A stretch of 64,000 nucleotides of DNA from a virus (lineage: Duplodnaviria; Caudoviricetes). The position numbers were made by a program, and so were the translations under genes. Location: the IMG/VR virus record IMGVR_UViG_3300007513_000003; one strand, 5' to 3'. Positions 63,346 to 64,000 of the stretch are shown one piece after another (the first letter of the stretch is position 1; each line of letters begins with the position of its first letter). The notes beneath the pieces are model-generated. The model was given only the letters and a program-made list of their open reading frames with translations. It searched no databases and was not told the DNA's origin.

Positions 63346-64000
63346 TCCTTTTGACTTAAAAAGTTTCTTCTTGAAAACTCCATTCTATCTACTAATTTTA
63401 CGGCATTACCTATTCTATCAATTGCTACAAAACCCTCGGGGTCTGCTACCTCGTAGCCGCCATCTGTTTTATAAAATGTTCCAATACCTTCTACTTTGTT
63501 TAATTTGTTTACTAAGATCATTTTAATCTGTACGATTTGTTTATATATGCCAAGTATTGCTAATAATGTATTACTGTTATCTTCGATAAACTGTTTGTTT
63601 GCTTCTATTTTTTGTACACGCGCCTGTCCTGCAGGCCCTTCAATACCAGTTTTTAGTTTATCAATTTCGGCTTGCATACGATCATCATAATAGTTAATAA
63701 AGTCTTGCAAGAAATTTGTAGCATTGGATACTTGTCCTTCTCCTTGGCGAATCTTTTCGTTAATAAAGATGGGAATATATTTCATAAACTCTTCATTTTT
63801 CAACATTGTGTTGAATTTTGAGGCATTTGTTTTAGATAAAATATCACTCATCTTCTCAACACCGCGCCTTACAGAATCTGTTTCTCTTGCAGTTAATGTA
63901 GCAACGCCTGTTAAATCTTTATACGTAGCATCATCCATCCAAACTTTTTTGTTACCTTCTGGTGCTATTACACCATATTGTGTTTGCATGTCACTAATCT
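63336..64000 (-). CDS. conserved large-phage protein (DUF6267-like C-terminus), probably truncated at the window edge
   Basis: PEGFVAID...VKLVDRMEFSRRNF; frame is open to the window end. Confidence 0.55.
   Translation of the reverse strand, partial: ISDMQTQYGVIAPEGNKKVWMDDATYKDLTGVATLTARETDSVRRGVEKMSDILSKTNASKFNTMLKNEEFMKYIPIFINEKIRQGEGQVSNATNFLQDFINYYDDRMQAEIDKLKTGIEGPAGQARVQKIEANKQFIEDNSNTLLAILGIYKQIVQIKMILVNKLNKVEGIGTFYKTDGGYEVADPEGFVAIDRIGNAVKLVDRMEFSRRNFLSQKEWG

Noticed and set aside
1-64000. Stop-codon reassignment, introns or inteins
   Set aside because: Conserved genes (fusA, prkA, nrdJ, spoVR) are full length in code 11, TAA, TAG and TGA all end genes, and no insertion was evident in them

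Overview
The window is a 64-kb, AT-rich, densely packed and mostly minus-strand segment of a large T4-like myovirus genome (standard genetic code), not a bacterial chromosome. Virion and morphogenesis genes (PAAR spike tip, tail-fibre-like proteins, scaffold-like protein, GH24 lysozyme, many small proteins with a shared N-terminal leader) are interleaved with host-derived genes. The main theme is translation and proteostasis: an intact EF-G, ribosomal proteins bS21 and bL33 (bL33 is missing from the ORF track), a two-piece circularly permuted alphaproteobacterial-type tmRNA with tag ANDDYYDYALAA, a class II aaRS catalytic-domain protein, ClpS, and Hsp20 behind a ROSE-like thermometer. A complete prkA(yeaG)-yeaH-spoVR(ycgB) operon lies directly upstream of EF-G. 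At least 11 genes have the T4-type late box TAAATA exactly 5 nt before the ATG with no Shine-Dalgarno, which predicts a leaderless late transcriptome that the phage translation parts may serve. The window also encodes class II RNR, SAM decarboxylase, two amidinotransferases, three radical SAM enzymes, SGNH and glycosyltransferase-like proteins, an ExbB/MotA-type module and several transporters. Several markers point to a marine alphaproteobacterial host (inference). All calls come from reading motifs by eye; no database searches were run.
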